Below, in pieces: positions 51,124-62,090 of a DNA stretch of 64,000 bases. Position numbers and translations under genes: made by a program. Numbering within the stretch: position 1 is the stretch's first letter; the number at the start of each line of letters is the position of its first letter. The notes under the pieces are model-generated. The model was not told the origin of the DNA and searched no databases. It was given only the letters and a program-made list of their open reading frames with translations. The stretch lies in contig CANMFX010000005.1 of the NCBI GenBank assembly GCA_947497315.1, positions 14,873-78,872 on the forward strand, given 5' to 3'. Source of the DNA: an uncultured Sphingomonadaceae bacterium (GTDB lineage: Bacteria; Pseudomonadota; Alphaproteobacteria; Sphingomonadales; Sphingomonadaceae).

Positions 51124-54100
51124 TCATGGGCGCTCCAAGCTTGGCTTGTTGCTGGGCTTATGGCGTTCGATCAGATCGTCGGAAAGCTCCAGCAGGGTGG
51201 GGCCATGCGTGTAAAGCAGGGCGGCTTTAATGGGGCGCCCGGGGAAAATCTTTTCAAGTGCGGTGACATATGCAGCCATTTGGCGCAGATAAGACAAAGG
51301 CGCATTGGCAGCTTCTTTGGGCACTGCACGCCCCGTTTTGAAATCAATAACGGTGATCAAGTCATCAGTGATCAAAAGACGGTCAACGGTGCCGGAAATC
51401 ACATGCTGATCAACCACGGCGGCGATCGGGGCCTCGGCAAAGCTGCCGGGAGAGAACAGGTCTGACCATGCGGGATTGCCCAAGACCGACAACACCGTCT
51501 CAACAAGCGCCCGACGCTCTGCCGGATCACTGACCTGTTTTTGCTTGGCGAGCCAGCGGTCGGCCACCTCCGCTCGGTTTTCGACCGCAATGTCCGGCAA
51601 CCGCTCGAACAGGCTATGGAGCAGTTTGCCGCGTTCGGCCGCATCGCGCATCGCCTTTGCCGGTGGCGGGTTCGCAGCATCGTCCGGACCCAGATCAGAT
51701 GGCGTAAGCGGTCGTGGCGGGCGGGCCTCTTTGGGGGCTGGCGCGAAAAGCCAGTCTGGCAATGCGGCCTGCTCTTCACCTGGTAACGGCTCGGCGGCTT
51801 TGGCCCTTCGTCGGGCTTTGTCTGGTGCATCAGGTCCCGTATATGTTCGCTCGGCAATCCACCGCACGGAATCCGTTTGCTCCGTTCCCAACGCAGTCAA
51901 GCCCTGGTCCACAGCGTGATACCAACTGGACTCCGGCACGACACCTTTGGCTTTTGGTCCCAATGTCCCGGTGACGACGAGATGTTCTTCCGCGCGGGTC
52001 ATGGCGACATAAAGCAGACGCCAATGCTCTTCCCTTTCCCGGGCATCTGCCACGGTGGCATAGGCGTCCAGCAATCCGATACGTTCGGCCTTGCGAACCG
52101 GTACGACAGGATATTCGAGATCATCAGCAGATCGTGTCGGATCCGGGATATCAAAGCCGCCGCTTTTCTTGTTCGCCGGATCAAATGTCGCGTTGGCGAG
52201 AATGACCAGCGGTGCCTGCAGCCCCTTGGCTCCGTGGACAGTCATCAGGCGGACTTCATTGCCGCCTTCCAGCTGATCCCGCTTGATTTCTACATCCCCG
52301 CGATCAAACCAGTCGAGAAAACCCTGCAGGGTCGGAATATGGTCCTGCTCAAAGGCCAGCGCGGTATTGAGCAACTCCTCCAGCGGGTCGAGCGCCGCGT
52401 GACTAAGGCGTGCTGTCAGTTTCTTGCGTCCCTGCATCGGGCCGGAAACGATGGTTTCCAGAAACTGATAGGGTGTGTTGAAATCCGCCATATTCAAAAG
52501 GACACGCAAAGGTTCGACATGCTGTTTCAGCCCGTCTTGCGTGCGCAAATATCCCCAAAGACTTTTGTCCTTATGCGCCTCTCCGCGATAACCGCGTTCC
52601 AGCAGGTCATCCTGCGACCAGCCCAACAGCGGAGACACCAGCAGCGATGCCAGATTAAGATCATCTTCCGGTTGCAAGACAAAGCGGATCGCGGCGAGCA
52701 GATCCTGCACCACTAGAGGCTGGTTCAACCGGATGCGGTCAATACCGGCTACGGGGACGTTTTCGGCAAAGAGCCGCGCTACGATAAGGGCGCTGAGATC
52801 ATCGCGCTTGCTGACAAGGATCATGACGTCCCTGGGCTCGAGCGAGCGATTTTCGCGATTCAGCCAGAGCGCTGTTTCGGGTGAGATCCATTCTTTAATC
52901 TGAATCGCAAGCCTTTGGGCAAAAACCCGTTTCTCATCGCTCAACCAGGTTTCGTCATCATCCGCATTGCTGACCGCGCCGTGAGCAACGGGCCTCCATG
53001 TTGTGACGCTTCCCGGCTCGCCCGCATAGTGGCTCTGATGGGCTGGTATGGCTTTATCGAGGCCGAGTTCCTTTTCCCCGACATGTTCCAATACCTTATC
53101 GACTACCTTCAGCACTGGCGGTGTGGATCGGAAACTGCGGTCCAATGACAAGTCGCTGAAAGCCCGCTCCGATGCCTCCGCCCGCGCAAAGAAATCATCG
53201 CGCGCTTTGACATAGTTATGCGGGCTGGTTCCCTGAAACCCGAAAATCGCCTGTTTGAAGTCACCGACAGTGAACAGCGTCCGTATTTTGTCAGCATTCG
53301 CGCCCAAACCTGCGAAAAACTCTCCCGCCAGCGCCCGGACAATATCCCACTGCGCCAGATTGGTATCCTGCGCCTCATCAACCAATATGTGGTCCGTGCG
53401 CTGGTCCAGCTTGTAGCGTATCCATTCGGCCATATTGCCCTGATTGAGCAACTTCGCCGTCATCCGGATCATATCGTCAAAATCGACCACACCCTGCAGC
53501 TTTTTTGCGTCCCGATAGCGATAGTAAAAGCCGCGGCCGGCATTCAGCGCCCCTGCAAACAGATCGGCATAATCAAACAGCGCCTTAGTCTCGATCAATT
53601 GGCGACAATGATCGTACATATCGACGCTGAGCTCATGATAATGCGGTGCGGCCTTTTCCAGCCCCTTTGGAACAGAGCGCCATTCGCCATCTGCCTTGGC
53701 CCAAATCTTGTGTAGTTCCGGCAATGCATCCGCCCGATCGACAGGACTGGCGGCCATCCATGTGCGAATTTTATCGATATATCCAGCAGCCGTCTTGGTG
53801 CCCCAACTTGCCAGCGCATCCGAAATGTTCTCAAGCGCTGCGATATCAAAAGCCTCATCACTGCACCGCTGTTCGAGCCAGCTTTGTGCATCGCCATCAA
53901 TCGGCAGTCCCAGCAATCCGCGGACAAAAGGCAGCACGCCGCTGGGCAGGCTTTCCATCGCATCGGCTTTGGATGCACATGTCATCAGGTATTTTTCGGC
54001 TTCTTCTTCCCCCATCCGGACGCTGAGCGCCTGAATAGCCTGAATTATGCCAATATTGCCTGCGACCTCTTCATCCAGCAGCAAATCGCCGAGCGCCTGG

Positions 54101-54582
54101 CGCGCCAATATCTTTTGATCGCGTTCCTCAATCGGTTTGAACAGCGCCGGAATACCGGCCTCTTCTGGGAAACTCGCCAGCAACGTCTGGCAGAAGCTGT
54201 GGATCGTCATGATCCTGAGACCGCCGCCACGCGCATCCAATACGCGGGCGAATAATGTTCGCGCATATTCCCGTGTCGCGGGATCAACCGGCGCGCCGAT
54301 GGCGGAAAGATCGGCGGCCAGCTTGCTATCATCAAGCCGCACCCAACTGGCCAGTTGTCGGTGGATCCGGTCGGCCATTTCGGCGGCCCCCGCCTTGGTA
54401 AAGGTCAGGCATAATATATGTTCCGGATTGACATTTTCCCGGAGCAGCAGCCTGAATACCCGGGCGGTCAGCACCTGCGTCTTGCCAGTACCGGCAGATG
54501 CGCTCAGCCAGATATTATCGTCCGGCTGCACCGCCTCATTCTGTTTGTCGGCCAGCGGAAAAAGCGTCGGCGTGTCACTCAT
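51124..54582 (-). CDS. addA: Double-strand break repair helicase/nuclease AddA
   Basis: SASAGTGKT, LTFTKAGAAEM, LVDEAQDT, MTVHGAKGLQ, YVAMTRA, C-terminal nuclease GTVDRL...IDFKTG. Start refined to 54582. Confidence 0.96.
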   Translation of the reverse strand: MSDTPTLFPLADKQNEAVQPDDNIWLSASAGTGKTQVLTARVFRLLLRENVNPEHILCLTFTKAGAAEMADRIHRQLASWVRLDDSKLAADLSAIGAPVDPATREYARTLFARVLDARGGGLRIMTIHSFCQTLLASFPEEAGIPALFKPIEERDQKILARQALGDLLLDEEVAGNIGIIQAIQALSVRMGEEEAEKYLMTCASKADAMESLPSGVLPFVRGLLGLPIDGDAQSWLEQRCSDEAFDIAALENISDALASWGTKTAAGYIDKIRTWMAASPVDRADALPELHKIWAKADGEWRSVPKGLEKAAPHYHELSVDMYDHCRQLIETKALFDYADLFAGALNAGRGFYYRYRDAKKLQGVVDFDDMIRMTAKLLNQGNMAEWIRYKLDQRTDHILVDEAQDTNLAQWDIVRALAGEFFAGLGANADKIRTLFTVGDFKQAIFGFQGTSPHNYVKARDDFFARAEASERAFSDLSLDRSFRSTPPVLKVVDKVLEHVGEKELGLDKAIPAHQSHYAGEPGSVTTWRPVAHGAVSNADDDETWLSDEKRVFAQRLAIQIKEWISPETALWLNRENRSLEPRDVMILVSKRDDLSALIVARLFAENVPVAGIDRIRLNQPLVVQDLLAAIRFVLQPEDDLNLASLLVSPLLGWSQDDLLERGYRGEAHKDKSLWGYLRTQDGLKQHVEPLRVLLNMADFNTPYQFLETIVSGPMQGRKKLTARLSHAALDPLEELLNTALAFEQDHIPTLQGFLDWFDRGDVEIKRDQLEGGNEVRLMTVHGAKGLQAPLVILANATFDPANKKSGGFDIPDPTRSADDLEYPVVPVRKAERIGLLDAYATVADAREREEHWRLLYVAMTRAEEHLVVTGTLGPKAKGVVPESSWYHAVDQGLTALGTEQTDSVRWIAERTYTGPDAPDKARRRAKAAEPLPGEEQAALPDWLFAPAPKEARPPRPLTPSDLGPDDAANPPPAKAMRDAAERGKLLHSLFERLPDIAVENRAEVADRWLAKQKQVSDPAERRALVETVLSVLGNPAWSDLFSPGSFAEAPIAAVVDQHVISGTVDRLLITDDLITVIDFKTGRAVPKEAANAPLSYLRQMAAYVTALEKIFPGRPIKAALLYTHGPTLLELSDDLIERHKPSNKPSLERP

Positions 54583-57574
54583 GCGCGCCTCCCTGCTCCG
54601 CCACATCGGCGCGGCCATACCATTCTTCAAGCCGCATCAACTGGTCATAATCCGCGTAAGGCGCGTATTCCGGATGGAGCTTTGCCACCATAGGTTCATC
54701 ACCATGGATGTAGCTGTTCACCGCCTTGGTATATTCCGTCACAGCATGATCAACCATCTGATCAGCTTCTATCTTGTCGGGACTGCGCGGGTTGGTCGGC
54801 GTCGCAATATAACCAAAGCTGTTTTTGCCGCTCTGCTTTGCCAATGACCAATATTCAAAGCCGTCTGTTTTTCCTGAAAGACCGCCGAAATCACCTCTTT
54901 CGGCAATAGCACCCAACAAACCGAGCTGCAGAGCGAAACCTTCCTTGACGGCTTTGTTCGATGGCGGACCGCCGGTTTTATAGTCGATAATAGCAAGACC
55001 GCCGTCGGCTATCCGGTCGATGCGGTCCGCTATTCCAAACAGATCGACGCCGGCAATGCGTGCAACGCCCTTTTGTTCTGACTTGAGCGGTTCGCGCCCG
55101 TCTGCACGTTGCCGAGCGACAGTATTGGCCACCCATAACAGGCCCTCCATTAGGCGCGGCGCCCATAAAGTGCGCATCAGGGGATGGGACGAACGCTCGT
55201 TCAAAAATGCTTCAGCACGCCGTTTCAGGGCATCGGGATCAAAATTATCCTCTTTTGCCCATTTATCCAATATGTCGTGAATGATCGAACCGCGCCACGC
55301 AGGGCTTGGCTCTGCATCAATCATGTCGAGCGACCCAAGCCGTATGATTTTTGCCGCGTAAAAAGCGAATGGATCAGCGATCAACCGATCGACATCGGTA
55401 ACTGACAGCTTCACCTTGCGCTGCTCCGCGCTTGGCTCCGGCGCAGGTTGTTCGATACGGACGGGTTCCTCGGGTTGATCGATACGCCGCGCCCAACCCT
55501 GGGCGACAGGATGGTCTTTGAGGTTAGGGCCGCACATCGCTTTTAGGCGGAGCAGGAAGCGTGAGGCAATGGCCGGACCGGACCCGTCACGCTGCGCCCG
55601 CGTGAGAATCACATTTTGCGCGCCCATTGCGCCGACCAGATCATGCGCGGACAAGCCGATTTGCCGTTCCTGCGCGGGTAGACCCAAGGATTTGCGTACC
55701 ATCGGCGCAAGCCATGGATCAGGCGTTATCGCTTGCGGCCAGCTGCCTTCATTCAAGCCGCAGCAGATCACGAGGTCCGCCTGTTGCAGCCGCGCCTCCA
55801 GCAAACCATAAAGCGCAATGCGAGGATGTCCGCCATAAGGGGGACGCACCGGCATATCGGCCAAAAATGTTTCAAAATATCCGGCAATCTCCGACGCCTG
55901 AATTTTCATCGGCCCCAAATCTGCGCGATCTTCCATGTCGGACAGGAAATCAGCCAACTGGCGGCCAGCTGGCCCTGCCCAAACCTGGCCGTTGGTTAGC
56001 AGGTCAGCCAACTGCCGGATTTCCACCAGTATATCGGTCCAGTTCATGGCTCCGCTCAAGACTTGTGCTGCGGGCGAAAATATTGCCCGCACATCTGTCC
56101 ACCACGGACGCAAATCGTCTCGCAAACCTTTGGTGCGCTTGTCTTCGCTCTGAAACAGGCTGTCAATTCCAGCCAATCCCGGCGCTGGCCGGGGACCGCG
56201 CATTAACAGATCCAGTTTGCGAACCTGGGTAAGCCAGTCCAGACGCCCTTCCCCTGCCCGCACGAGTGGATGTTTCAGCAGTGCCAGGAATTCAGCCGGA
56301 GGGAATCCATCCGTTGTGGCAGAAAGCAAAGCCAGAAAGAATATGCCTTCCGGTTTTTTGGACAACGGCTGCCCCGCTGTATCATCAGCCGCGATCATCC
56401 AGCGTTCGAGATGCGCCGATATCCGGCCGGCCAATGCCCGGTCCGGCGTGATGATCGCAACGCGGCGTTCCGGTGTCTCGAGCGCCTCCCGCGCCAAAAG
56501 CGCAATAATCTGCGCCTCCTCAGCACTGTTGCGCGCTTCCACCGTCTGCACGCCTGCGAGGCTGCGTTCATCAGTGTCGAGCGATTGCCAGCGCGATGTC
56601 AGTTTCGGGATGGCAAAGGCATTGCTGAGTGCCCGGCTACGCTTTGCGGCCGCGCCGCTGGTTCCGGTCCTTGGCCAGCGCATGATCTCGCCGCGCGCAA
56701 TCGACATGCGTTCGAGCAGCAGCTTCATGTGATATTGCGGATGGGTTTCCTGCGCACGTTCCACTTTGCCAGTCTCGGCATCGGGCTGAAACGGGCCAAG
56801 CATGTCCCATTCTTCATCGGCCATGACCATATCGAGGTCCGGCAGCACCACCATTCCTTCCGGCAGGAACGCAATGGCCCGCAAGAAACGCGCAATGGCC
56901 GGGGCCGATGTGGTGATACCAGCAGCGACCACAAAATGGTCAGGCGGGGCCGCTTTCCATGCCTTCACAGTTTGATCGAACAGGGCATTGCGCCGCGCCG
57001 CTTCATCAACAGCACCCATATCCGCGAGTTTTGCCTGCCATTTCTCGGCGATCACGCGAAAAAACGCGAGCGAATCCTGCCAATGGCCGGACAATTCCGG
57101 TTCCACATCAATATCAAAAAGGTCCTTGAGCGCGATTTCCTCGACCGTCAGCTGATCCAGTGTCCGGGCAAATTCGCGCGCCAGCCGCAGTGCTTCTTTC
57201 GACAATAAAGCGCTGCCCTTCGCCGCACTTTCCCTTTCAATCAGCTGGGCCAGCATCAGCAGGCGATCCAGCGGATCCACTGATGGCGCTATGTCGAGAG
57301 CCAGCTCACCCCGGTCCAGCGCCACGCCGATGGACTCATCCAGCTCGAGATCGCCAATTACAGCCATTTGTGGCAACAGCAGTCCGTCTTCGCTCAGCCT
57401 GACGAAGGCATCATGGACGGCGCGGCGAGCCCGATTGTTGGGTAGGATTATGAGGCCCCGCGCCAGACCAAGCGGGTCTTTGGCAAACCGGTCAATCAAT
57501 CCCTGTGCAAGGGCATCCGCAAAGCCGCCATGCGCGGCGATGTTGTAAATAGCGGGCTGAAGCCGCTTGCTCAT
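54575..57574 (-). CDS. addB: Double-strand break repair nuclease AddB
   Basis: Inactive helicase-like N-terminus, DPFAFYA, C-terminal PD-(D/E)xK nuclease GIADRID...IIDYKTG. Confidence 0.95.
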   Translation of the reverse strand: MSKRLQPAIYNIAAHGGFADALAQGLIDRFAKDPLGLARGLIILPNNRARRAVHDAFVRLSEDGLLLPQMAVIGDLELDESIGVALDRGELALDIAPSVDPLDRLLMLAQLIERESAAKGSALLSKEALRLAREFARTLDQLTVEEIALKDLFDIDVEPELSGHWQDSLAFFRVIAEKWQAKLADMGAVDEAARRNALFDQTVKAWKAAPPDHFVVAAGITTSAPAIARFLRAIAFLPEGMVVLPDLDMVMADEEWDMLGPFQPDAETGKVERAQETHPQYHMKLLLERMSIARGEIMRWPRTGTSGAAAKRSRALSNAFAIPKLTSRWQSLDTDERSLAGVQTVEARNSAEEAQIIALLAREALETPERRVAIITPDRALAGRISAHLERWMIAADDTAGQPLSKKPEGIFFLALLSATTDGFPPAEFLALLKHPLVRAGEGRLDWLTQVRKLDLLMRGPRPAPGLAGIDSLFQSEDKRTKGLRDDLRPWWTDVRAIFSPAAQVLSGAMNWTDILVEIRQLADLLTNGQVWAGPAGRQLADFLSDMEDRADLGPMKIQASEIAGYFETFLADMPVRPPYGGHPRIALYGLLEARLQQADLVICCGLNEGSWPQAITPDPWLAPMVRKSLGLPAQERQIGLSAHDLVGAMGAQNVILTRAQRDGSGPAIASRFLLRLKAMCGPNLKDHPVAQGWARRIDQPEEPVRIEQPAPEPSAEQRKVKLSVTDVDRLIADPFAFYAAKIIRLGSLDMIDAEPSPAWRGSIIHDILDKWAKEDNFDPDALKRRAEAFLNERSSHPLMRTLWAPRLMEGLLWVANTVARQRADGREPLKSEQKGVARIAGVDLFGIADRIDRIADGGLAIIDYKTGGPPSNKAVKEGFALQLGLLGAIAERGDFGGLSGKTDGFEYWSLAKQSGKNSFGYIATPTNPRSPDKIEADQMVDHAVTEYTKAVNSYIHGDEPMVAKLHPEYAPYADYDQLMRLEEWYGRADVAEQGGAHE

Positions 57575-57580
57575 GGCAGT

Positions 57581-58297
57581 TTACACACGGTTTAAGGCCG
57601 CTTCGGTGGGCCCAATAGCATCCGGTGATCCGACTTCAAACCAGCTGCCTTCATGGACCAGTCCAAATAGCCGTCCCTCCTCAATCGCCCGATTCCAGAG
57701 AATATTGGTCGAAAATGGTCCTTCCGGTGCATCGCGGAGCAGACGCTTCGATAGAAGCTGGATGCCTGTATAAATGAAAGGCGCCTGGCGATCCGGCAAA
57801 CGGCGGGTGACCCGCCCGTGATCATCAAGCTTGAAATCCCCGGCACCTTTATAGTTATGTGCCGATGTTTGCGGCACCAGCAGCAACAGCGCATCCATCT
57901 CTGCATCATCCCAACGCTCTTCCAGCCGCTGGAGGCTGTTGGTTGGGCCATCGGTCCAAAGATTGTCGCTGTTGATCGAGAAAAACAGGTCTTCATCGAT
58001 CAACGGTTCGGCCTGCACCATCCCGCCGCCGGTTTCCATCAGCTGCACGCGTTCGTCCGAAATGCGGATGTCAAAGGGATAATTGACGGATTTGAGATGG
58101 GCTTCCAGAGCATCGGGCAGATAATGGGCGTTGACGACCACCTTCATCACTCCCGCTTCCCATAGCTTGTCGAGGCAATGGTCGATCATCGCCTTGCCAG
58201 CCACTTTGACAAGCGGTTTGGGCCGGGTTGCGGTAAGCGGGCGCATGCGTTTGCCGAGGCCAGCCGCCATGACCATAGCCGTTTCAACCTTGCTCAT
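57581..58297 (-). CDS. murU: MurNAc-alpha-1-phosphate uridylyltransferase-like nucleotidyltransferase
   Basis: AAGLGKRMRPLT...PKPL, ETGGG; directly downstream of the amgK-like kinase. Confidence 0.82.
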   Translation of the reverse strand: MSKVETAMVMAAGLGKRMRPLTATRPKPLVKVAGKAMIDHCLDKLWEAGVMKVVVNAHYLPDALEAHLKSVNYPFDIRISDERVQLMETGGGMVQAEPLIDEDLFFSINSDNLWTDGPTNSLQRLEERWDDAEMDALLLLVPQTSAHNYKGAGDFKLDDHGRVTRRLPDRQAPFIYTGIQLLSKRLLRDAPEGPFSTNILWNRAIEEGRLFGLVHEGSWFEVGSPDAIGPTEAALNRV

Positions 58298-59274
58298 GCC
58301 TGCGAAGCCGCAATCGGTTTGCTGCGGATATCGGCTGGAATATTTCGGTCAAACCAGTCCGCGACCGGCGCAAGATCCGGGTGTACCAGATCTTTTTCAA
58401 GCAACCGCCACATACGCGGCAGAAAATCTAGATAACGGGCCTTGCCATCACGAACAAAAAGCCGGGTAAATATGCCGATGATCTTGGTGTTCCGCTGCGC
58501 CCCTAAAATCGCATAATGGCTGCGAAACTGTTCGGCTTCGTCTGCTGATTGTCCGTTCAGATAATAGTCGATCATCGCCCGCTCCAAATCGTCCGAAACA
58601 TCGCGCCGCGCGTCCTGCAACATCGACACCAGATCATAAGCAGCGTGCCCGGCCAGTGCATCCTGAAAGTCGAGCAAACCCAGACGATTGTCGTCGAGCA
58701 ACATGATGTTTTCGGCATGATAGTCGCGAAGGACTGTTACAGGCGATTTTTGGGACGCGATTACCGGCTGCAAAACTCTATGCCAGGCATCGACAAAACC
58801 CGCCGCGTCCACATCCAGTGCCTGCGCCGGGCAATACCAATCCGGGAGCAGGTTCACTTCTCTCAGATATTGCTCCCAGTCGTAAGGGGCTATGTCGGCC
58901 GCCGGCTTCTCGTGCAGCGCCTTTATCAGGTCCACTGTTTGCCGATAGATAGCCTCTTCGTCTTCAGGATGGTGGTCAAGATGTTCCCGCATCCGGTGGT
59001 CGCCAAAATCCTCCAGCAAAACCAGCCCGTGATCGAGATCTTCGCCAAAAATTTCCGGTGCAGCGAAATCCTGAGCCTTCAGGTGGCGCGCAATATGGAT
59101 GAAAGGGCGCGGGTCTTCATGCGGCGGCGGTGCGTCCATCAAAATCGCCTTGCGATCCCCGGCAACAACACGAAAATATCGGCGAAAAGACGCATCGCCC
59201 GCCACCGGCAAAATCTCTGCGCCGCCCCAGCCATGATTGTTCAGAAAATCCTGCGCCGTTGCAGGGGGTGTCAT
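58294..59274 (-). CDS. amgK: AmgK-like anomeric MurNAc/GlcNAc kinase (aminoglycoside phosphotransferase fold)
   Basis: GDASFRRYFR, RDYHAENIM, LLDFQDAL, GAQRNTKIIGIF; ATGA overlap with tsaE puts the start at 59274. Confidence 0.82.
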   Translation of the reverse strand: MTPPATAQDFLNNHGWGGAEILPVAGDASFRRYFRVVAGDRKAILMDAPPPHEDPRPFIHIARHLKAQDFAAPEIFGEDLDHGLVLLEDFGDHRMREHLDHHPEDEEAIYRQTVDLIKALHEKPAADIAPYDWEQYLREVNLLPDWYCPAQALDVDAAGFVDAWHRVLQPVIASQKSPVTVLRDYHAENIMLLDDNRLGLLDFQDALAGHAAYDLVSMLQDARRDVSDDLERAMIDYYLNGQSADEAEQFRSHYAILGAQRNTKIIGIFTRLFVRDGKARYLDFLPRMWRLLEKDLVHPDLAPVADWFDRNIPADIRSKPIAASQA

Positions 59275-59720
59275 GTTATTGGCCATCTGTCTTTCCAAGC
59301 GGGGCCAGCCGTCCAAGTCAACTGGCGAGTGTCATCATTTTCTATTTCAAAGGTAAGTTGCAGCGCGTCGTTCCAGAACGAAGCCGGCATACGGTCCGGC
59401 CATTCCGCGATCATCGCCCCGTCCATCAGTATGTCATCCAGGCCAAGTTCCTGAATTTCGTCAGGCTCTTCGATGCGATAAAAGTCCACATGCGCCACCG
59501 GAAGCCTGACCTCCGGCGGATCATATTGCTGCACAATGGCAAAGGTAGGGCTTGGCACATCATCGCCGAAGCCGAGACCGCGCAATATGCCGCGTGCCAG
59601 CGTGGTTTTTCCTGCCCCCAGCGTGCCGGTCAAAGCGATCTTGTCACCGGGCCGCAAAACATCCGCAAGCTTTTTCCCCAATGCCAACGTCGCGGCTTCG
59701 CTATCCAGTATCAACAGCAT
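59271..59720 (-). CDS. tsaE: tRNA t6A biosynthesis ATPase TsaE
   Basis: LTGTLGAGKTT, VPSPTF, HVDFYR, IAEWP. Confidence 0.95.
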   Translation of the reverse strand: MLLILDSEAATLALGKKLADVLRPGDKIALTGTLGAGKTTLARGILRGLGFGDDVPSPTFAIVQQYDPPEVRLPVAHVDFYRIEEPDEIQELGLDDILMDGAMIAEWPDRMPASFWNDALQLTFEIENDDTRQLTWTAGPAWKDRWPIT

Positions 59721-59741
59721 GCTCTGTTTGCTGCTCCCCTA

Positions 59742-62090
59742 TTATTGCCGCGGCAGGTGAATAGTGACCAGCGTTCCCTGACCCGGTTCAGAGGTCAATG
59801 TCAGCTCGCCGCCATGCGCCAGCATCAACTGCCGGGCCAGCGGAAGCCCCAGCCCCCCGACATTCTCCCCTGTCTTGTTGCGCGACCGGGCGAAACTGTC
59901 GAATGCCTTCGATTGCTGACCGGCGCTCATGCCAGGGCCATTGTCGGAAATATGGATAACCGCCTGTTTCACGTTACCGCTGCCGTTGATGAGCAGACGT
60001 CCACCTTCACCGGTATAGCGAATGCTGTTGTCGATAATTTGCCCGATTGCCTGTGACAGTCTTTTCTTGTCCGCCAATGCCGATCCCAGTGTTTCATCCA
60101 GCTGTAATTCCACCTCAATCGTCTTGGCCTGCGCGTCATCGGCAAATTGTGCCGCGACATCCTCAACCAGCTTGTTCAGGTTCACCTTCTCCTTGGCGAT
60201 TGGCAAGGCGCCCGCCTCACTTTGGCTGAGGTCCAGCACGTTATCAATCTGCATACCCAGGCGTTTGACCGATTGCAGGATGGCGCGGGCATATTCATGG
60301 CCCTGCTCCGTCAGCGGCCCGGCAACCTCGTTATCCAACAATTCTGCAAACCCGCCAATGGATGTCAGCGGCGTGCGGAACTCATAACTCATGTTGGACA
60401 GGAAAGACGCCTTGATTGAATCTGCCTCGACCAGCGCTTCGTTGCGTTCGCGCAAGGCCAGCTCGATCCGGCGGCTGTCGGATATGTCGAGCATCGTGAA
60501 CAGCGCATTGCCGTCTGGCAGGGGGATGGCGGCAAATTCAAAGCGGCGCCCATCGACAAAAGAAATTTGCCCGCTTTGCTGTTCACGCTCCGACGTGGCC
60601 GTTCGCACCATCGCGCGCACCTCCGATATCCGGGCGGGCTGTTTCAGCTGCATGGCCATTTTCTGCATCAGGGAATCGACACGCGGATGCTTGCCGAGAT
60701 CCTCTTCTTCCAGATCCCAGGTGCTCGCGAATTGATGGTTCCAGATATTCAGCTTTCCGTCAGCAGAGAAGACCGCGACAGACTCGAACAGGTTGTCGAA
60801 AGTCGCCGTGCGAACGCGCAGCAAGGTGTCTCGCGCGCTGGCCAATTGTACTTGCTCAGTCCGGTCCTCGATAATCATCAACAGGCCGCCATCGGGTGTT
60901 GGATTAGCGATCACGCGCAAGTGAGTGCCGTCTGCCAGCAGCCAGTTTTCCTCTATCGAACCGGTGGACAGGAACCATTGGGTCCGCTCTTCCCGCCATT
61001 CGGGAAAATCGCGAACTTCCGGAATCCGATTCATCTCGCGCATCCGGTCCAGCACTCTTGGAAATTCCGGACGCTCGGCAATCCACTGTTGCCGCATAGA
61101 GAATATGCGCTGAAATGGCAGGTTACAAAATTGCAAAGACTTGTCGGCGTCGAACTGCACCACGGCGGCCGATATCTTGTCCAGCATGTCGCGCTGCGAC
61201 TCATTGAACCGTCGCTGTTCCTTGCGCGAATCTATCAGCTCCTGAATATCAATCGCATAGCCGGCAATGCCTGACTTGCCGAGCGGAACATCAACCACCT
61301 GCGTCGTCCGGCGCTGCCCACCAATGGTGGTTGCAACGACCCGTTCATGCGGCTCGCCTTTCTCTCTGGCCTGAGTTGCCGCATCTGTTGGGCTCACCCC
61401 GTTGATTGTTTCGATCAACTCAATGCCTTCTTCGACGACCTGTGCGCCGTTACTGGCGTCCACGGCCCTGACATAAGCACTGTTGACCAGTGTCAACCTC
61501 ATATCCGGAGAGCGATGCCACATCGGCATCGGCGCCGCCTCGATCAAAGCCGACAAGGCATCAAAAGCAGCGTGGGCTTCTTCATTTTCTGCGCGTAGTT
61601 CGTCAATTTGGCTCTGGCTCTCTGTGGCGTCAAAAACCCACAACAAGGCGCTGCCATTTGGCGCAATTTGCTGATCCGCCAAGCCGCCCCGGATCAGCAA
61701 GGATTTGTCCGACCCGATAACTCTGATAGCGCGCGTGAAGCTGCTTCCCGATTTCTGAGCAAGATTAACATCCTGCGTGAGCGCTTCCATATCCTCCCGG
61801 CTCATCCCCGCAGCATGGCTGTACAATTCCGAAATATGTGATGGCAGATAATCAAAGCCCAGCCAGTGCATCAGTCGCTGCGATGCCTCCAGTTTCCCGT
61901 CGGACCGAACCAATAGCGGCAAGGCCGGGGATGTTTCCAGCAGCCGACCCAATCGGCCAGACTGCCGCAAGGTCGCATCTGCCTTTTTCTTCATCGCCAG
62001 ACCGGTCCACACGGCCCATGCGGACGCAGCCAGCCATGCGGCGAGAATCAGGCCCAATATGACAGCGGTTAAGTCCGGAACGTTCGACAT
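59742..62090 (-). CDS. divL: DivL-type PAS histidine pseudokinase
   Basis: N-terminal TM helix, several PAS-like repeats, H-box reading SNMSYEFRTPLT (Tyr at the His position), and an ATPase domain (DNGPG, GGLGL). Confidence 0.8.
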   Translation of the reverse strand: MSNVPDLTAVILGLILAAWLAASAWAVWTGLAMKKKADATLRQSGRLGRLLETSPALPLLVRSDGKLEASQRLMHWLGFDYLPSHISELYSHAAGMSREDMEALTQDVNLAQKSGSSFTRAIRVIGSDKSLLIRGGLADQQIAPNGSALLWVFDATESQSQIDELRAENEEAHAAFDALSALIEAAPMPMWHRSPDMRLTLVNSAYVRAVDASNGAQVVEEGIELIETINGVSPTDAATQAREKGEPHERVVATTIGGQRRTTQVVDVPLGKSGIAGYAIDIQELIDSRKEQRRFNESQRDMLDKISAAVVQFDADKSLQFCNLPFQRIFSMRQQWIAERPEFPRVLDRMREMNRIPEVRDFPEWREERTQWFLSTGSIEENWLLADGTHLRVIANPTPDGGLLMIIEDRTEQVQLASARDTLLRVRTATFDNLFESVAVFSADGKLNIWNHQFASTWDLEEEDLGKHPRVDSLMQKMAMQLKQPARISEVRAMVRTATSEREQQSGQISFVDGRRFEFAAIPLPDGNALFTMLDISDSRRIELALRERNEALVEADSIKASFLSNMSYEFRTPLTSIGGFAELLDNEVAGPLTEQGHEYARAILQSVKRLGMQIDNVLDLSQSEAGALPIAKEKVNLNKLVEDVAAQFADDAQAKTIEVELQLDETLGSALADKKRLSQAIGQIIDNSIRYTGEGGRLLINGSGNVKQAVIHISDNGPGMSAGQQSKAFDSFARSRNKTGENVGGLGLPLARQLMLAHGGELTLTSEPGQGTLVTIHLPRQ

